From assembly GCA_963727825.1 (NCBI GenBank), contig CAVSHO010000009.1:192001-256000 (forward strand): a DNA stretch of 64,000 bases, read 5' to 3'. Shown here piece by piece: positions 22,500 through 32,389 of this stretch; positions within the stretch are counted from its first letter, which is position 1, and each line of letters opens with the position of its first letter. The DNA comes from Ignavibacteriota bacterium (GTDB lineage Bacteria; Bacteroidota; Ignavibacteria; UBA10030). Position numbers and translations under genes: made by a program. The notes under the pieces were generated by a model. The model did not search any database, had not been told where the DNA came from, and worked only from the letters and a program-made list of their open reading frames with translations.

Positions 22500-23624
22500 A
22501 TGAAGAATATCATGGAAGACAAAATGAGTGAGAAACAATCAATTAATTTCTTGCGAGGGGTTCCGGCTGAAGAAGCCTTATCACGCCTTGTTCAAATTGC
22601 GGCAGATGGATACGGAAAGGTTATTAACCAATATGGAACGGATGTACTTCAATATGGCCATTTTACCGGGTTCAAGCCACTGCGGGATTTGATTGGCGGT
22701 TTCCATCATGTTAATCCGGAACGAGTTATCGTTGGCAATGGCGGCTTGGAAGTGATCTCGCTTTTTTTCAAATCTCTCCCCCGAGAAAGCATCATCATTG
22801 TTGAAGAAGCAAGTTACGATCGAGTATTACTCGACGCAAAGTGCTATGGACATCATTTGATCGGCATCAAATTGACACCGGAAGGGGTCGATTTGAACCA
22901 ATTCAGAAACGTCGCCAATAAGAACACGGTTGCAGCTTTTTATGGAATACCGTTTCATCAAAATCCAACAGGCATCAATTACACGGAAGAAAACCGAAAA
23001 GAAGTGGAACGCATTTGCCGGGAATATAACATCCTGTGCGTATGGGATATCTGTTATCAAGCCCTTCGGTATGATGGAAAAGCAAATGACTCGATAGAAG
23101 TCTCAGACTGGGGACCCATTTTAACAAGCTCCTTTACAAAAACGATCTCTCCAGGAACCAAATGCGGATATATGATAGTTCCCAATCATTATGTAGGGCA
23201 TCTATCCACCATTATAACCAATACACGCATAAATCCCAATTTACCGACTCAGGCATTTATAACCGATTTTATCGAATCGGGACAGTATAACGATTTCGTC
23301 AAATACTTGTGCAATTTATATAGACCGAGAATGAAGGTATTAAATACCGCGCTTAGTAATCTATTCCCTGGTGCATTTCCAGTTTTAATCACTGGTGGTT
23401 TTTTTGCCTCCCTTACCCTTGATAGTATTTCAAGTGAAAAAGAAACTTCTTTTATCGAATCCGCAAAACAAGCTGGTGTGCATGTAGCTGCTGCGTGGGA
23501 TGCTATTCCTCCAAACTGTATAGAAGAAAAACGCAAAAAGGGCCTTTTTATCAGATTGACTTTCCCGGCTTATGAGCCAGACAAGATTGAATGGGGCATT
23601 TCAAAGCTCAAAGATATAATTTAG
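22500..23624 (+). CDS. PLP-dependent aminotransferase (class I/II, MocR-like catalytic domain)
   Basis: INFLRGVP, HQNPTG, WDICY, SSFTKTISPG (PLP Lys); start may be 22524. Confidence 0.88.
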   Translation: MKNIMEDKMSEKQSINFLRGVPAEEALSRLVQIAADGYGKVINQYGTDVLQYGHFTGFKPLRDLIGGFHHVNPERVIVGNGGLEVISLFFKSLPRESIIIVEEASYDRVLLDAKCYGHHLIGIKLTPEGVDLNQFRNVANKNTVAAFYGIPFHQNPTGINYTEENRKEVERICREYNILCVWDICYQALRYDGKANDSIEVSDWGPILTSSFTKTISPGTKCGYMIVPNHYVGHLSTIITNTRINPNLPTQAFITDFIESGQYNDFVKYLCNLYRPRMKVLNTALSNLFPGAFPVLITGGFFASLTLDSISSEKETSFIESAKQAGVHVAAAWDAIPPNCIEEKRKKGLFIRLTFPAYEPDKIEWGISKLKDII

Positions 23625-23688
23625 CATGTTGCTTGATTCAAAGTAGTTGTATCCAACGAGACGCTTAAATCAGGGTTATATTTATATC

Positions 23689-23764
23689 GCATAACATAGC
23701 GCTACACTCAACCGCCATGTTGCTATATCTAATAGCTGCTGGTAAGTTTATTCGATTGTTATCA
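23689..23764 (+). repeat. Degenerate integron attC-like site
   Basis: GCATAACATAGCGCTACACTCAACCGCCAT...GCTGGTAAGTTTATTCG; aligns by eye to 22417-22488. Confidence 0.5.
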
Positions 23765-23897
23765 AATTTCTACTAAAAAATATTTTATCAAATAAAAGAG
23801 TTATGTTAGAACTCGATGCAGAATATGATTGAGTGAATCGCGTTCTTATGAAAAGAGTATTAGCTTTTAATAAGTATTCGCATTATTTTTTTGATGA

Positions 23898-25004
23898 ATG
23901 GATAACAGTATGACAGAAACAACAGCCTCTCCTGTTCAGATATCGGGAGAATCTTCCAAGCCGCGTGTTACGAAGCGAGGAGTGGCCCTTGTCTTAGGTA
24001 TGTGGTCCATTTACACGCTACTTGATGTCTTCCCGCATGTTTTTCACCCTCATCACATTCCCTTTTTAGAAGTGTTGTTTTGGGAAACATGTCACGGTGC
24101 AGTGAAGTTTATTACAAGCATACCAGTCTGGTTCATCGTCATCCGGTGGATGTATAAAAAATCATGGTACTGGAAGGTCCTGGCACATGTAGTTCTTTTC
24201 CCACTCTACGGAATTGTGAATAGCGCGTATCAATACTATGTCGATATATGGTTTAAAAGCGGGTTGTATAGTGGACCGGTACAAAACGTGATCAGCTGGA
24301 TAGTGTATTTCAATTTGCTCACCTACATCATACAATTCGCTGTGTACCATGGATATGAAATCCTCAGGGAGCTGCGTATTAAAGAGAGAATCGCATTGCA
24401 GCTGTCAGCTCTTCAGAAGGAGCAGGAGCTTGCAACATTGAAATCGCAAATCAATCCTCATTTTCTCTTTAACACACTCAATAGCATTAGTGCGATGGTC
24501 TCAACAAATACAGAAGAAACACGTACCATGATTGCACAGCTTGCCGATCTGCTCAGGTATATAATAGAAGGTTTTAAAATTGATCTGGTGCCCTTGAGAG
24601 CGGAGCTACAATTTATTAAGGATTATGTCAATTTGGAATCGAAGAGGATGGGTGATAGACTCGTAACTGAGTTTCAGGTCAATCAATCACTCGCTACATT
24701 TCCAATACCGCCGATGATTCTCCAACCACTTGTCGAGAATTCAATTAAGCATGGAATTTCGCCGCTTGAAGAGGGAGGGAAGGTTACAGTGCAAATTCAG
24801 AAGAATAAGGATTCAGTTACATTTCGAGTTTTTGATACGGGTGTAGGTTTATCGTCTACTGATCCGTTGTCGACAACGAGCGGTATCGGTTTGAAAAACA
24901 TAGATACTCGATTGCGAAGGATTTATGGCGATTCAGCCGGGCTCAAAATTAGTTCACTAAAGAATTCCGGATGTGAAGTCGCTTTCGTACTGCCAGCAAA
25001 ATGA
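23898..25004 (+). CDS. LytS/YehU-type sensor histidine kinase
   Basis: N-terminal TMs; SQINPHFLFNTLN, QPLVENSIKHG, GIGLKN. Confidence 0.93.
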   Translation: MDNSMTETTASPVQISGESSKPRVTKRGVALVLGMWSIYTLLDVFPHVFHPHHIPFLEVLFWETCHGAVKFITSIPVWFIVIRWMYKKSWYWKVLAHVVLFPLYGIVNSAYQYYVDIWFKSGLYSGPVQNVISWIVYFNLLTYIIQFAVYHGYEILRELRIKERIALQLSALQKEQELATLKSQINPHFLFNTLNSISAMVSTNTEETRTMIAQLADLLRYIIEGFKIDLVPLRAELQFIKDYVNLESKRMGDRLVTEFQVNQSLATFPIPPMILQPLVENSIKHGISPLEEGGKVTVQIQKNKDSVTFRVFDTGVGLSSTDPLSTTSGIGLKNIDTRLRRIYGDSAGLKISSLKNSGCEVAFVLPAK

Positions 25005-25753
25005 CAAAAAATTTTTCAACTATAATAGTTGATGACGAGCCTTTAGCTCGAAAAATGATTAAAGAATATCTCCAGGATTTTCCCGAAATAAAAATAGCTG
25101 GGGAGTGTAAAAATGGTAAGCAGGCGGTTAAAGCAATCAACGAGGACAAACCCGATATAGTGTTTCTTGATATTCGCATGCCCGGTATGGATGGATTTGA
25201 AGTTCTGGAACATATAGATCCTATGCCCCGTATCATTTTTACAACAGCATACGGTGATTATGCGCTGAAAGCTTTCGAGGTAAATGCAGTTGATTATCTT
25301 CTCAAGCCATATGATAGGAAAAGATTTTCTGAAGCTATTCAAAAAGTAATTTACCGAAGCGCAAAACCCAATAACGAGATAGAAAGAATTTTGCGTGTAC
25401 TGCAGCAATCGAAGGAACCGGAAGATTATCTAAAACGCATCTTTGTCCGTGTTGGAAGGAAGATTATTTCGGTTCAGATGCATGATATTTTATGGATTGA
25501 AGCCGATGGAGACTATACCCAATTACACACCAATAGTGGTACTCACGTCTGTAACTTAAGCATGAATACACTCGAACAAAGATTAGATTCCAAAGAGTTT
25601 TTACGTGTACATCGTTCCCATATAATTGCAGCAAGCTCAATCGACCATCTTGAAGCAGATGATGAAGGAGGGTTCATAGCTTTTTTGAAGGATAAATCTA
25701 CAGTGAAGATAAGTCGAACATATGGAGCGAAGTTACGAGGGATTATGTGGTGA
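25001..25753 (+). CDS. LytTR family response regulator
   Basis: REC domain (DDE, LDIRMP, KP) plus LytTR FLRVHRS. Confidence 0.95.
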   Translation: MTKNFSTIIVDDEPLARKMIKEYLQDFPEIKIAGECKNGKQAVKAINEDKPDIVFLDIRMPGMDGFEVLEHIDPMPRIIFTTAYGDYALKAFEVNAVDYLLKPYDRKRFSEAIQKVIYRSAKPNNEIERILRVLQQSKEPEDYLKRIFVRVGRKIISVQMHDILWIEADGDYTQLHTNSGTHVCNLSMNTLEQRLDSKEFLRVHRSHIIAASSIDHLEADDEGGFIAFLKDKSTVKISRTYGAKLRGIMW

Positions 25754-25945
25754 TTTGTCAATTCGTGATTTTCAATCTTCCCTTCTACAAACTTAATTGA
25801 TTTCTTCCAAACAAAGTCCGTCGGGATCCCTAACAGCATAGATTACAATTCAGGCAAGGGATACGGTGGGTTGAAAATAGATATATAGAATCCGGAAGAT
25901 CGGTTCGGAGGAATTTCATAATTTTGCGAGCATTACAACATGAAC

Positions 25946-25981
25946 TTCCGCAGTTTAGCGACTTATTCCGCAATTCAACGA
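25946..25981 (+). promoter_or_regulatory. Candidate LytTR-binding direct repeat
   Basis: TTCCGCAGTTTAGCGA and TTCCGCAATTCAACGA with a 20-bp period upstream of the 26040 gene. Confidence 0.5.
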
Positions 25982-26039
25982 AATTTAATGGAAATTTTGA
26001 GAATTGTGTTGTACGTTTTTGCGAAACAAGGAGGTTCTT

Positions 26040-27800
26040 ATGAAAAAGGTACTATTACTTTTCACGGTGTCTCTTCTTCTGCCGATAGTTTCGGTTTTTT
26101 CCCAGACCTTGAGTGATTATGTCTTGCAAACACGCGGCGACACCCTTGTAGTAAAAGATGATAATGATTATGGCGCCCCAAATACTCTATATTCTCTTAT
26201 GCAAGCAGATACAGTTAATGTTCCCGCAGGGCGTGTATATTTGCTGCACAATAAGGGAATTTACTCCCTTATAAATAATCCTACATCTTCAGCAAAGCAA
26301 AAAACTATTATTATGGGTGAAACGCAAACATCTTTAAAAGTAAATAAAGGTGATGCACCACCGGTTCTCCAGGGCGCTGTTTGGGCAGGTGGTACCTCTA
26401 CAGGAGGTATAAATAGCGGTTATGACCTGATTGTAAAAAACTGTGATGTTGAAATAGGTAATTCTGCCGGCGGAGAAGGATGGGCCTTCTTTGGTCTTTC
26501 AGGGCCCGGCCTAAGAATTCAAGTAGATAACTGTATTGTAGAGCATAATTATTGGACAATTCTTGGCGGCCCGCCCATTAATTCAAGAATATTTTTTACG
26601 AACGATTACTTTGTAAATTTTGATGGTCATACCTGCCGTCGCACTGGCGGTGTTTTAGACTTCTTTGTAAACCAGGATACAATTTTTGTTGAAAATTGTA
26701 CTCACGTGAATATACAGGGCAGTGAGTATAAAGCAAGGCCCACATATAAAATCAATAGATATCTTTTTAACCACAATGACTTTATTGATTGCTCCGGTTA
26801 TATTTTTATGAATAACGGCGATCATCCGAATTTCAGTGTTACAAATAATATTTTTGTAAACGTCCAGGTACAAGGTTTTGCGCCGGTCCTTTCAAATGTT
26901 GATGTAAATGAAACTGATCCGGGTAACCTTCCTATGGGTCTTGTTAACCTATTTGATGATTCTGCTTTTACTGCAAACGGTGCAAGTTTTTATGCTGACA
27001 AAAATTTAGCTTATTGGGATCCATCTCTTTCTGATGTGGCTTCAACATTAAATGCTGCTAAAGTAGATGGTGCTACAAATTGGTACTCCCAAATGATCAC
27101 AATGAATTCAAGAACTCAAGCAATGTTCAACAATAAAACGAAATATCCTAAGCTTACAAATGGTACATGGTTTCTAAATGAATTACCTAATTTTAAAAAT
27201 ACGGATGTTTTGTTTACAACCCAGCTGGCAATATTAAAAGCATGGTCACTAAATTGTGTTGATACAAATAATACGGAGACATTGGCATCCTGGCGTCAAC
27301 CAACTAACCCTGAAAGTCAATATTTCACGCATGCAGATTGGCCGATTCCGATTGATCTTTCTTATACTAATTCCGATTTATTAACCGCAGGCCTTAATGG
27401 ATTCCCGGTTGGCGACTTAGATTGGTTCCCAAGTCAATATGCATCATGGAAAGCTCAAGAAAGTGCTGAATTGGCAAATATTAACAATGTTTTGACTGCT
27501 GGAGTTACTGCTGTTGAAAAAGCCCCAGGGGTTCCTCAGCAATTCCAATTGCAGCAAAATTATCCGAATCCGTTCAATCCAACGACGAAGATCGAGTATC
27601 AACTCCCAGCTGCAGGTCATGTAACACTGAAGGTTTACGATGTTCTGGGGAGAGAAGTGCAAACACTTGTCAACGAAGGTCAGAACGCGGGGAATCATTC
27701 GATAACTTTCAACGCAATCAATCTGCCGAGTGGAATATATCTCTATAGACTTCAGTCTGGGAATTATAATGCTGCGAAGAAGCTTTTGTTTTTAAAATGA
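26040..27800 (+). CDS. Secreted protein with T9SS type-A C-terminal sorting domain (beta-helix-like core)
   Basis: Signal peptide; C-terminal QNYPNPFNPTTKI...YDVLGREV...SGIYLY...KKLLFLK. Confidence 0.9.
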   Translation: MKKVLLLFTVSLLLPIVSVFSQTLSDYVLQTRGDTLVVKDDNDYGAPNTLYSLMQADTVNVPAGRVYLLHNKGIYSLINNPTSSAKQKTIIMGETQTSLKVNKGDAPPVLQGAVWAGGTSTGGINSGYDLIVKNCDVEIGNSAGGEGWAFFGLSGPGLRIQVDNCIVEHNYWTILGGPPINSRIFFTNDYFVNFDGHTCRRTGGVLDFFVNQDTIFVENCTHVNIQGSEYKARPTYKINRYLFNHNDFIDCSGYIFMNNGDHPNFSVTNNIFVNVQVQGFAPVLSNVDVNETDPGNLPMGLVNLFDDSAFTANGASFYADKNLAYWDPSLSDVASTLNAAKVDGATNWYSQMITMNSRTQAMFNNKTKYPKLTNGTWFLNELPNFKNTDVLFTTQLAILKAWSLNCVDTNNTETLASWRQPTNPESQYFTHADWPIPIDLSYTNSDLLTAGLNGFPVGDLDWFPSQYASWKAQESAELANINNVLTAGVTAVEKAPGVPQQFQLQQNYPNPFNPTTKIEYQLPAAGHVTLKVYDVLGREVQTLVNEGQNAGNHSITFNAINLPSGIYLYRLQSGNYNAAKKLLFLK

Positions 27801-27812
27801 GAGGTTCCCCGC

Positions 27813-27837
27813 TGTGCCGGAGTTCAACTCCGGCACA
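27813..27837. repeat. Palindrome (REP or bidirectional terminator)
   Basis: TGTGCCGGAGTT-C-AACTCCGGCACA between convergent genes. Confidence 0.65.
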
Positions 27838-27858
27838 ACAAAGGAGAATGAAAGAGAA

Positions 27859-28392
27859 TTAGATAAGTTGTTGCTTTAAAAATAAAGCGCATTCTTCCGG
27901 TGACGAAGCGCAATGAATAAACTTTGTACAATCACCAACACCTTCCCACAACAATTCCTTTCGCAATGTCTCAACAACGCCGCTCCAAAAGTCACCGATA
28001 ATCACAATCGGTTTCTCTGTAAGCAGACCTTTATTGATGAATTCCCACACGGCAGCAAGTTCGAGTAATGTCCCGGTTCCACCTTTCAATACAACGTACG
28101 CATCACCCAATTCCACAAGCTTCATCATCCGATCAATTAAGGCAGGAACATGAATATTTTTATCAATCCAAGAATTGGCTGCACGATCTTTGATATTAAA
28201 AGTAACTCCGATGGTCTTGCCGCCTGCCTCTTTCGCGCCGCGAGCTGACGCTTCCATAATGCCGCCGAATCCGCCATTGCATATTGTAAAACCGTCGAGC
28301 GAGAGTAGTTTTCCAACTTCGTACGCTAATTGATATTCCTCATCGCCCCTGATAGGGCGTGAGCTTCCAAAAATTGTTATTACTTTACTCAT
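27859..28392 (-). CDS. LOG family protein
   Basis: IFGSS, NGGFGGIMEA, GGTGTLLE motifs. Confidence 0.88.
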   Translation of the reverse strand: MSKVITIFGSSRPIRGDEEYQLAYEVGKLLSLDGFTICNGGFGGIMEASARGAKEAGGKTIGVTFNIKDRAANSWIDKNIHVPALIDRMMKLVELGDAYVVLKGGTGTLLELAAVWEFINKGLLTEKPIVIIGDFWSGVVETLRKELLWEGVGDCTKFIHCASSPEECALFLKQQLI

Positions 28393-28443
28393 CGAAATTC
28401 CAATATATATTCTCAATAAGTTGGGATTACTTCCTTTTTATGA

Positions 28444-28511
28444 CCTCACCCCCGCCTGCCAAAGCAAGCTTTGTGCGGCGGGCAGGCTAACCCTCTCCTA
28501 TGAGGAGAGGG
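28444..28511. repeat. Nested REP (CCTCACCCCC...CCCTCTCC-GGAGAGGG) with internal GCCTGCC...GGCAGGC
   Basis: Palindromic arms visible directly. Confidence 0.65.
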
Positions 28512-28614
28512 AATTATTCCAACATTTAAAAAATTGAGTAACTCTGACCAAGAGGGATTGCATAAGAATTGATCAACCTTTAATACACATTCATCATTCT
28601 TCATTGATCACTGA

Positions 28615-29619
28615 TCAATGGGCGCCTTCGCCGCGTGTATCGCGAAGCATGAGATCAAGTGTCGCTTGACGGGGATTTTTATCTTCAAAAAGTACTTTAT
28701 AGACTTCTTCCGCCATCGGCATATCGACGTGATGCTTCTGTGCAAGTTGATGAACAGACTTCGCAGTGGCGACTCCTTCTGCAATCATTGTCATATCGCT
28801 CAGCACTTCGGCGACATTTCTGCCTTTCCCAATTTCCTCACCGACAAAGCGATTGCGGCTATGGTGGCTCATACAAGTGACAATCAAATCTCCCATGCCA
28901 GAAAGGCCCGCGAATGTTATTGGTTGAGCTCCCATTTTAGCGCCAAGCCGTGTAATCTCATAGATTCCACGCGTCATAATTGCCGCCTTCGTATTATCTC
29001 CAAAGCCAGCGCCATCGCTTAAGCCGGCTCCAATTGCAATAACATTCTTAATAGCACCGCCCAATTCAACTCCGCGAATGTCTTCATTCACATATACGCG
29101 GAAGTAATCATTCACAAACGCTTCCTGCACAACTTTTGCTGTTTTCAACTTAAAAGATGCCGACACAACCATCGTCGGTATTTTCAAGCTGACTTCTTCT
29201 GCATGACTTGGCCCGGAGAGAATCGCAATATTCTCACGGCGCTCATGCATAAGCACATCCAATAAAACTTCGGACATTGTCATCAAAGAACCATTCTCAA
29301 TGCCTTTAGCGACATTACATATGACCGTATGTTGTAAATCGAGATGAGCGATGCGTTGAAGAACAGAGCGAAGAAATTGAGACGGCACTGCCGCGACAAT
29401 CATATCGCGTTCATGGCATGAAGCTTCGATATCGGTCGTAATTTTTATTTCAGATGGAAGGACAACACCGGGAAGAAACTGAGGGTTCTGATGCTTCTTG
29501 CGAATGAGATCTGCTTGATCGCTGTCGAACGTCCAAAGATTGACGTCGTGATGGTTGTCGTATAAAACGAGAGCAAGCGTAGTTCCCCAACCGCCTGCAC
29601 CAAGAACAGTGATCTTCAT
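28615..29619 (-). CDS. gpsA: NAD(P)H-dependent glycerol-3-phosphate dehydrogenase
   Basis: GAGGWG, SGPSHAEEV, KNVIAI, GDLIVTC..SRN. Confidence 0.96.
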   Translation of the reverse strand: MKITVLGAGGWGTTLALVLYDNHHDVNLWTFDSDQADLIRKKHQNPQFLPGVVLPSEIKITTDIEASCHERDMIVAAVPSQFLRSVLQRIAHLDLQHTVICNVAKGIENGSLMTMSEVLLDVLMHERRENIAILSGPSHAEEVSLKIPTMVVSASFKLKTAKVVQEAFVNDYFRVYVNEDIRGVELGGAIKNVIAIGAGLSDGAGFGDNTKAAIMTRGIYEITRLGAKMGAQPITFAGLSGMGDLIVTCMSHHSRNRFVGEEIGKGRNVAEVLSDMTMIAEGVATAKSVHQLAQKHHVDMPMAEEVYKVLFEDKNPRQATLDLMLRDTRGEGAH

Positions 29620-29676
29620 ATCATTGACGGCACATTAGATTAGAAATTCAGTGACTTCCTCAGAATTTAACGTAGA

Positions 29677-30360
29677 TTAGGGTTCAACTGAGTCAGTCCT
29701 GCTTTTAGAACTTGTTATTTTCCGTTCAGTTCCTTCAATCAATCGCTTGATATTGGCGCGGTGTGAATAAATAAGGAAGAGTGCAATGCCGGTACTGAAG
29801 AATACCAATGTTTTGTAACTGTGAATTTCGTCCGAGAGAATATTGTACCGAATGATAAGCGATAACGGAAAAGATGCCGCCGCCATAATGGAACCCAGCG
29901 AAACATATTTGAATGCATATAAAAAGATAAGGAACACTGCTATAGAAACCGCAAATTCCGTCGGTGCAATACCGATTAGCATTCCTGCACCCGTCGCAAT
30001 ACCTTTTCCACCCTTGAATCCTGCAAACATAGTCCACACATGACCAATTACTGCTGCACCACCGCAAATCATTTGGATAATAGTGAAATCATCAAAAGGC
30101 GTGTGATTATAAAACGGCAATGTCGGATCCCAGAACAAACGTGCAACAACTGTCGTTGCAATAACACCTTTTAATACGTCCACAATAATAACGAACATAC
30201 CTGATTTCCAGCCGAGAACTCGGAATACATTGGTGCCGCCTGCATTGCCGCTCCCTTTACTGCGAATATCAAAACCATGCCGCCACTTGGAAAGCATGAC
30301 GCTTGTCGGAATCGATCCCACGATATAACTTAAAAGCACAACAATAACCATATTTATCAT
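29677..30360 (-). CDS. plsY: Glycerol-3-phosphate acyltransferase
   Basis: GSGNAGGTN, FKGGKGIAT, HRANIKRL. Confidence 0.96.
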   Translation of the reverse strand: MINMVIVVLLSYIVGSIPTSVMLSKWRHGFDIRSKGSGNAGGTNVFRVLGWKSGMFVIIVDVLKGVIATTVVARLFWDPTLPFYNHTPFDDFTIIQMICGGAAVIGHVWTMFAGFKGGKGIATGAGMLIGIAPTEFAVSIAVFLIFLYAFKYVSLGSIMAAASFPLSLIIRYNILSDEIHSYKTLVFFSTGIALFLIYSHRANIKRLIEGTERKITSSKSRTDSVEP

Positions 30361-30427
30361 ACATCATTCCTTTATTCAAACTTCAACAATCATATATAAG
30401 ATATTCAATTTGACACGAAGAAGCAAC

Positions 30428-31147
30428 TTATATCCATCCTTTCATTCGCCAACGCTCCAAAATAAGCAATCCAAATTCTAAATCTTCCGGTGTTGTGATT
30501 TTAATATTGTCATAACTTCCCTCAACAATCCGAATTTTCACATCAAGCCGCTCTACAAGTGCTGCTTCATCAGTCGAATAAAACTTGTCCTTTTTCGCTT
30601 TTTCGAACGCCTTCACCAATAATTTCGCGCGAAATGCCTGCGGTGTTTGAATCAACCAAAGCGCTGTTCGATCTAATGTTTGATCAAAAAAGCCGCCCCC
30701 AGTTGAACGCCGAATCGTATCTTTCGGCTGAACTGCCAGCACCGCTGCATCATATTCTTTGCATACTTTTAAAAGATGTGTAATGCGTTTTGTTTCAATA
30801 AACGGTCTCACGCCATCGTGCACAAGAACGATGTCTGATTCTTTCATCACCAACCGGTTCAGTACATTGCGAACCGAATCCTGTCGCTTCGCACCGCCCA
30901 GCACCATTTTGCTGACCTTGTGCAGCCGGAACCGCTCAACAATTGCTTCCATTTCAGACATCGCCGACTCAGGAAGAGCCAGAGCAACCTCATCAACATC
31001 CGGACAATGTTCGAATTGCTGAAGCGTATGTACGATGATTGGTTTGCCATTCAACGGTAGAAACTGCTTTTTAATATCTCCACCAATTCGTGTGCCAGAT
31101 CCAGCGGCTGGAATAATTGCAAATACTTTTGGTCTTGATTTCGACAT
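30428..31147 (-). CDS. ispD: 2-C-methyl-D-erythritol 4-phosphate cytidylyltransferase
   Basis: PAAGSGTR, KQF, HDGVRP, QTPQ, NIKITTPED. Confidence 0.96.
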   Translation of the reverse strand: MSKSRPKVFAIIPAAGSGTRIGGDIKKQFLPLNGKPIIVHTLQQFEHCPDVDEVALALPESAMSEMEAIVERFRLHKVSKMVLGGAKRQDSVRNVLNRLVMKESDIVLVHDGVRPFIETKRITHLLKVCKEYDAAVLAVQPKDTIRRSTGGGFFDQTLDRTALWLIQTPQAFRAKLLVKAFEKAKKDKFYSTDEAALVERLDVKIRIVEGSYDNIKITTPEDLEFGLLILERWRMKGWI

Positions 31148-31185
31148 TTCTACAACGTTCCTCAGATGTTAGAAGTTCTTGCAAT

Positions 31186-31245
31186 AAAAATCAGGAGGGA
31201 GTTCTATTCCTAATTATAATTTCATAAGAAATAGAACACCCTCCT
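31186..31245 (-). terminator. Long hairpin with T-tract after queA
   Basis: AGGAGGGAGTTCTATT / AATAGAACACCCTCCT stem; A-run on the + strand gives a U-tract. Confidence 0.6.
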
Positions 31246-31265
31246 AAAACTGACCATCAGACAAC

Positions 31266-32303
31266 TTAGACAATCAACATTGCATCGCCATAGCTGTAAA
31301 AGCGGTATTCTTCCTTAATTGCCTTCTTGTACCCATGCATTAAGAATTCGTGTCCAGCAAACGCGCCTGCCAGCATCAACAGCGTTGATTCAGGCAGGTG
31401 GAAATTCGTAATCAACTTATCTGTAACCTTGAAACTGTACGGCGGAAAAATGAACTTGTCAGTCCATCCTCTTGCCGGTTTCACATGCCCATCAACCGTT
31501 ACACTGGATTCCAATGCACGGCAAGTACTTGTGCCAACAACAAATACATTATGTTTTGAGTCGATTGTCTTATTGATGATATTTGCTGTCTCGCTTGTAA
31601 TCTCGAAATATTCAGAATCCATTTTGTGCTTCGTAAGATCTTCCACTTCAACCGTGCGAAATGTTCCAAGACCTATATGCAGTACAACCGGCGCAACTTT
31701 GATGCCTTTTGCTTCTAGTTTTTTTAGAAGTGCTTTTGTAAAATGCAATCCAGCAGTCGGCGCCGCAACAGCACCAACTACGCGAGCATATACCGTCTGA
31801 TAACTATCTTTATCCTTATAGGTTGCATCCCGCTTGATATAATGAGGCAACGGCGTCAGTCCAATGCGATCGATGATCTTAAAAAAGTCACCTTTGTGAT
31901 TGAAACGTACTGTGCGTCCGCGCGAAGTTGTATTGTCGATTACTTCGCACCAGAGTTTGCCGTCATCAAAATAAATTTTATTACCGATACGTACTTTACG
32001 TGCCGGATCGACTATAACGTCCCAGATATTTTCCTCAGCGTTCAACTCACGCAACAGAAAGACTTCAATTTTTGCATTCGTTTTTTCTTTCTTCCCATAG
32101 AGCCGTGCCTGAAACACACGTGTCTCATTGATTGCAAGACAATCACCTTTCTGAAAATAATCTGCGATTTCATAAAACTTTCGTTCAATAATAGTTTCGT
32201 CAATGCGGTTCATTACCATTAACCTTGAGTGGTCGCGTGGATTCGCCGGTTGTTTTGCTATCAAATTACGAGGAAGCGGATATTTGAAATCTGAGAGCTT
32301 CAT
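31266..32303 (-). CDS. queA: S-adenosylmethionine:tRNA ribosyltransferase-isomerase
   Basis: YQTVYA, AAPTAGLHF, TNFHLPESTL, YRFYSYGDAM. Confidence 0.97.
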   Translation of the reverse strand: MKLSDFKYPLPRNLIAKQPANPRDHSRLMVMNRIDETIIERKFYEIADYFQKGDCLAINETRVFQARLYGKKEKTNAKIEVFLLRELNAEENIWDVIVDPARKVRIGNKIYFDDGKLWCEVIDNTTSRGRTVRFNHKGDFFKIIDRIGLTPLPHYIKRDATYKDKDSYQTVYARVVGAVAAPTAGLHFTKALLKKLEAKGIKVAPVVLHIGLGTFRTVEVEDLTKHKMDSEYFEITSETANIINKTIDSKHNVFVVGTSTCRALESSVTVDGHVKPARGWTDKFIFPPYSFKVTDKLITNFHLPESTLLMLAGAFAGHEFLMHGYKKAIKEEYRFYSYGDAMLIV

Positions 32304-32333
32304 TGCTCATATCCCTTCTATAGTTTTTAGATT

Positions 32334-32364
32334 AAGGGGGCAGAAAATAAATTTTCCGCCCCCT
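32334..32364 (-). terminator. Hairpin after ppdK
   Basis: AGGGGGCAGAAAAT / ATTTTCCGCCCCCT. Confidence 0.55.
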
Positions 32365-32389
32365 GTGAATTAATGAACTATCCGTTGGT

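Noticed and set aside
25828-25876. CCCTAAC...GTTGAAA as another attC site
   Set aside because: No internal complementarity and no likeness to the other sites.
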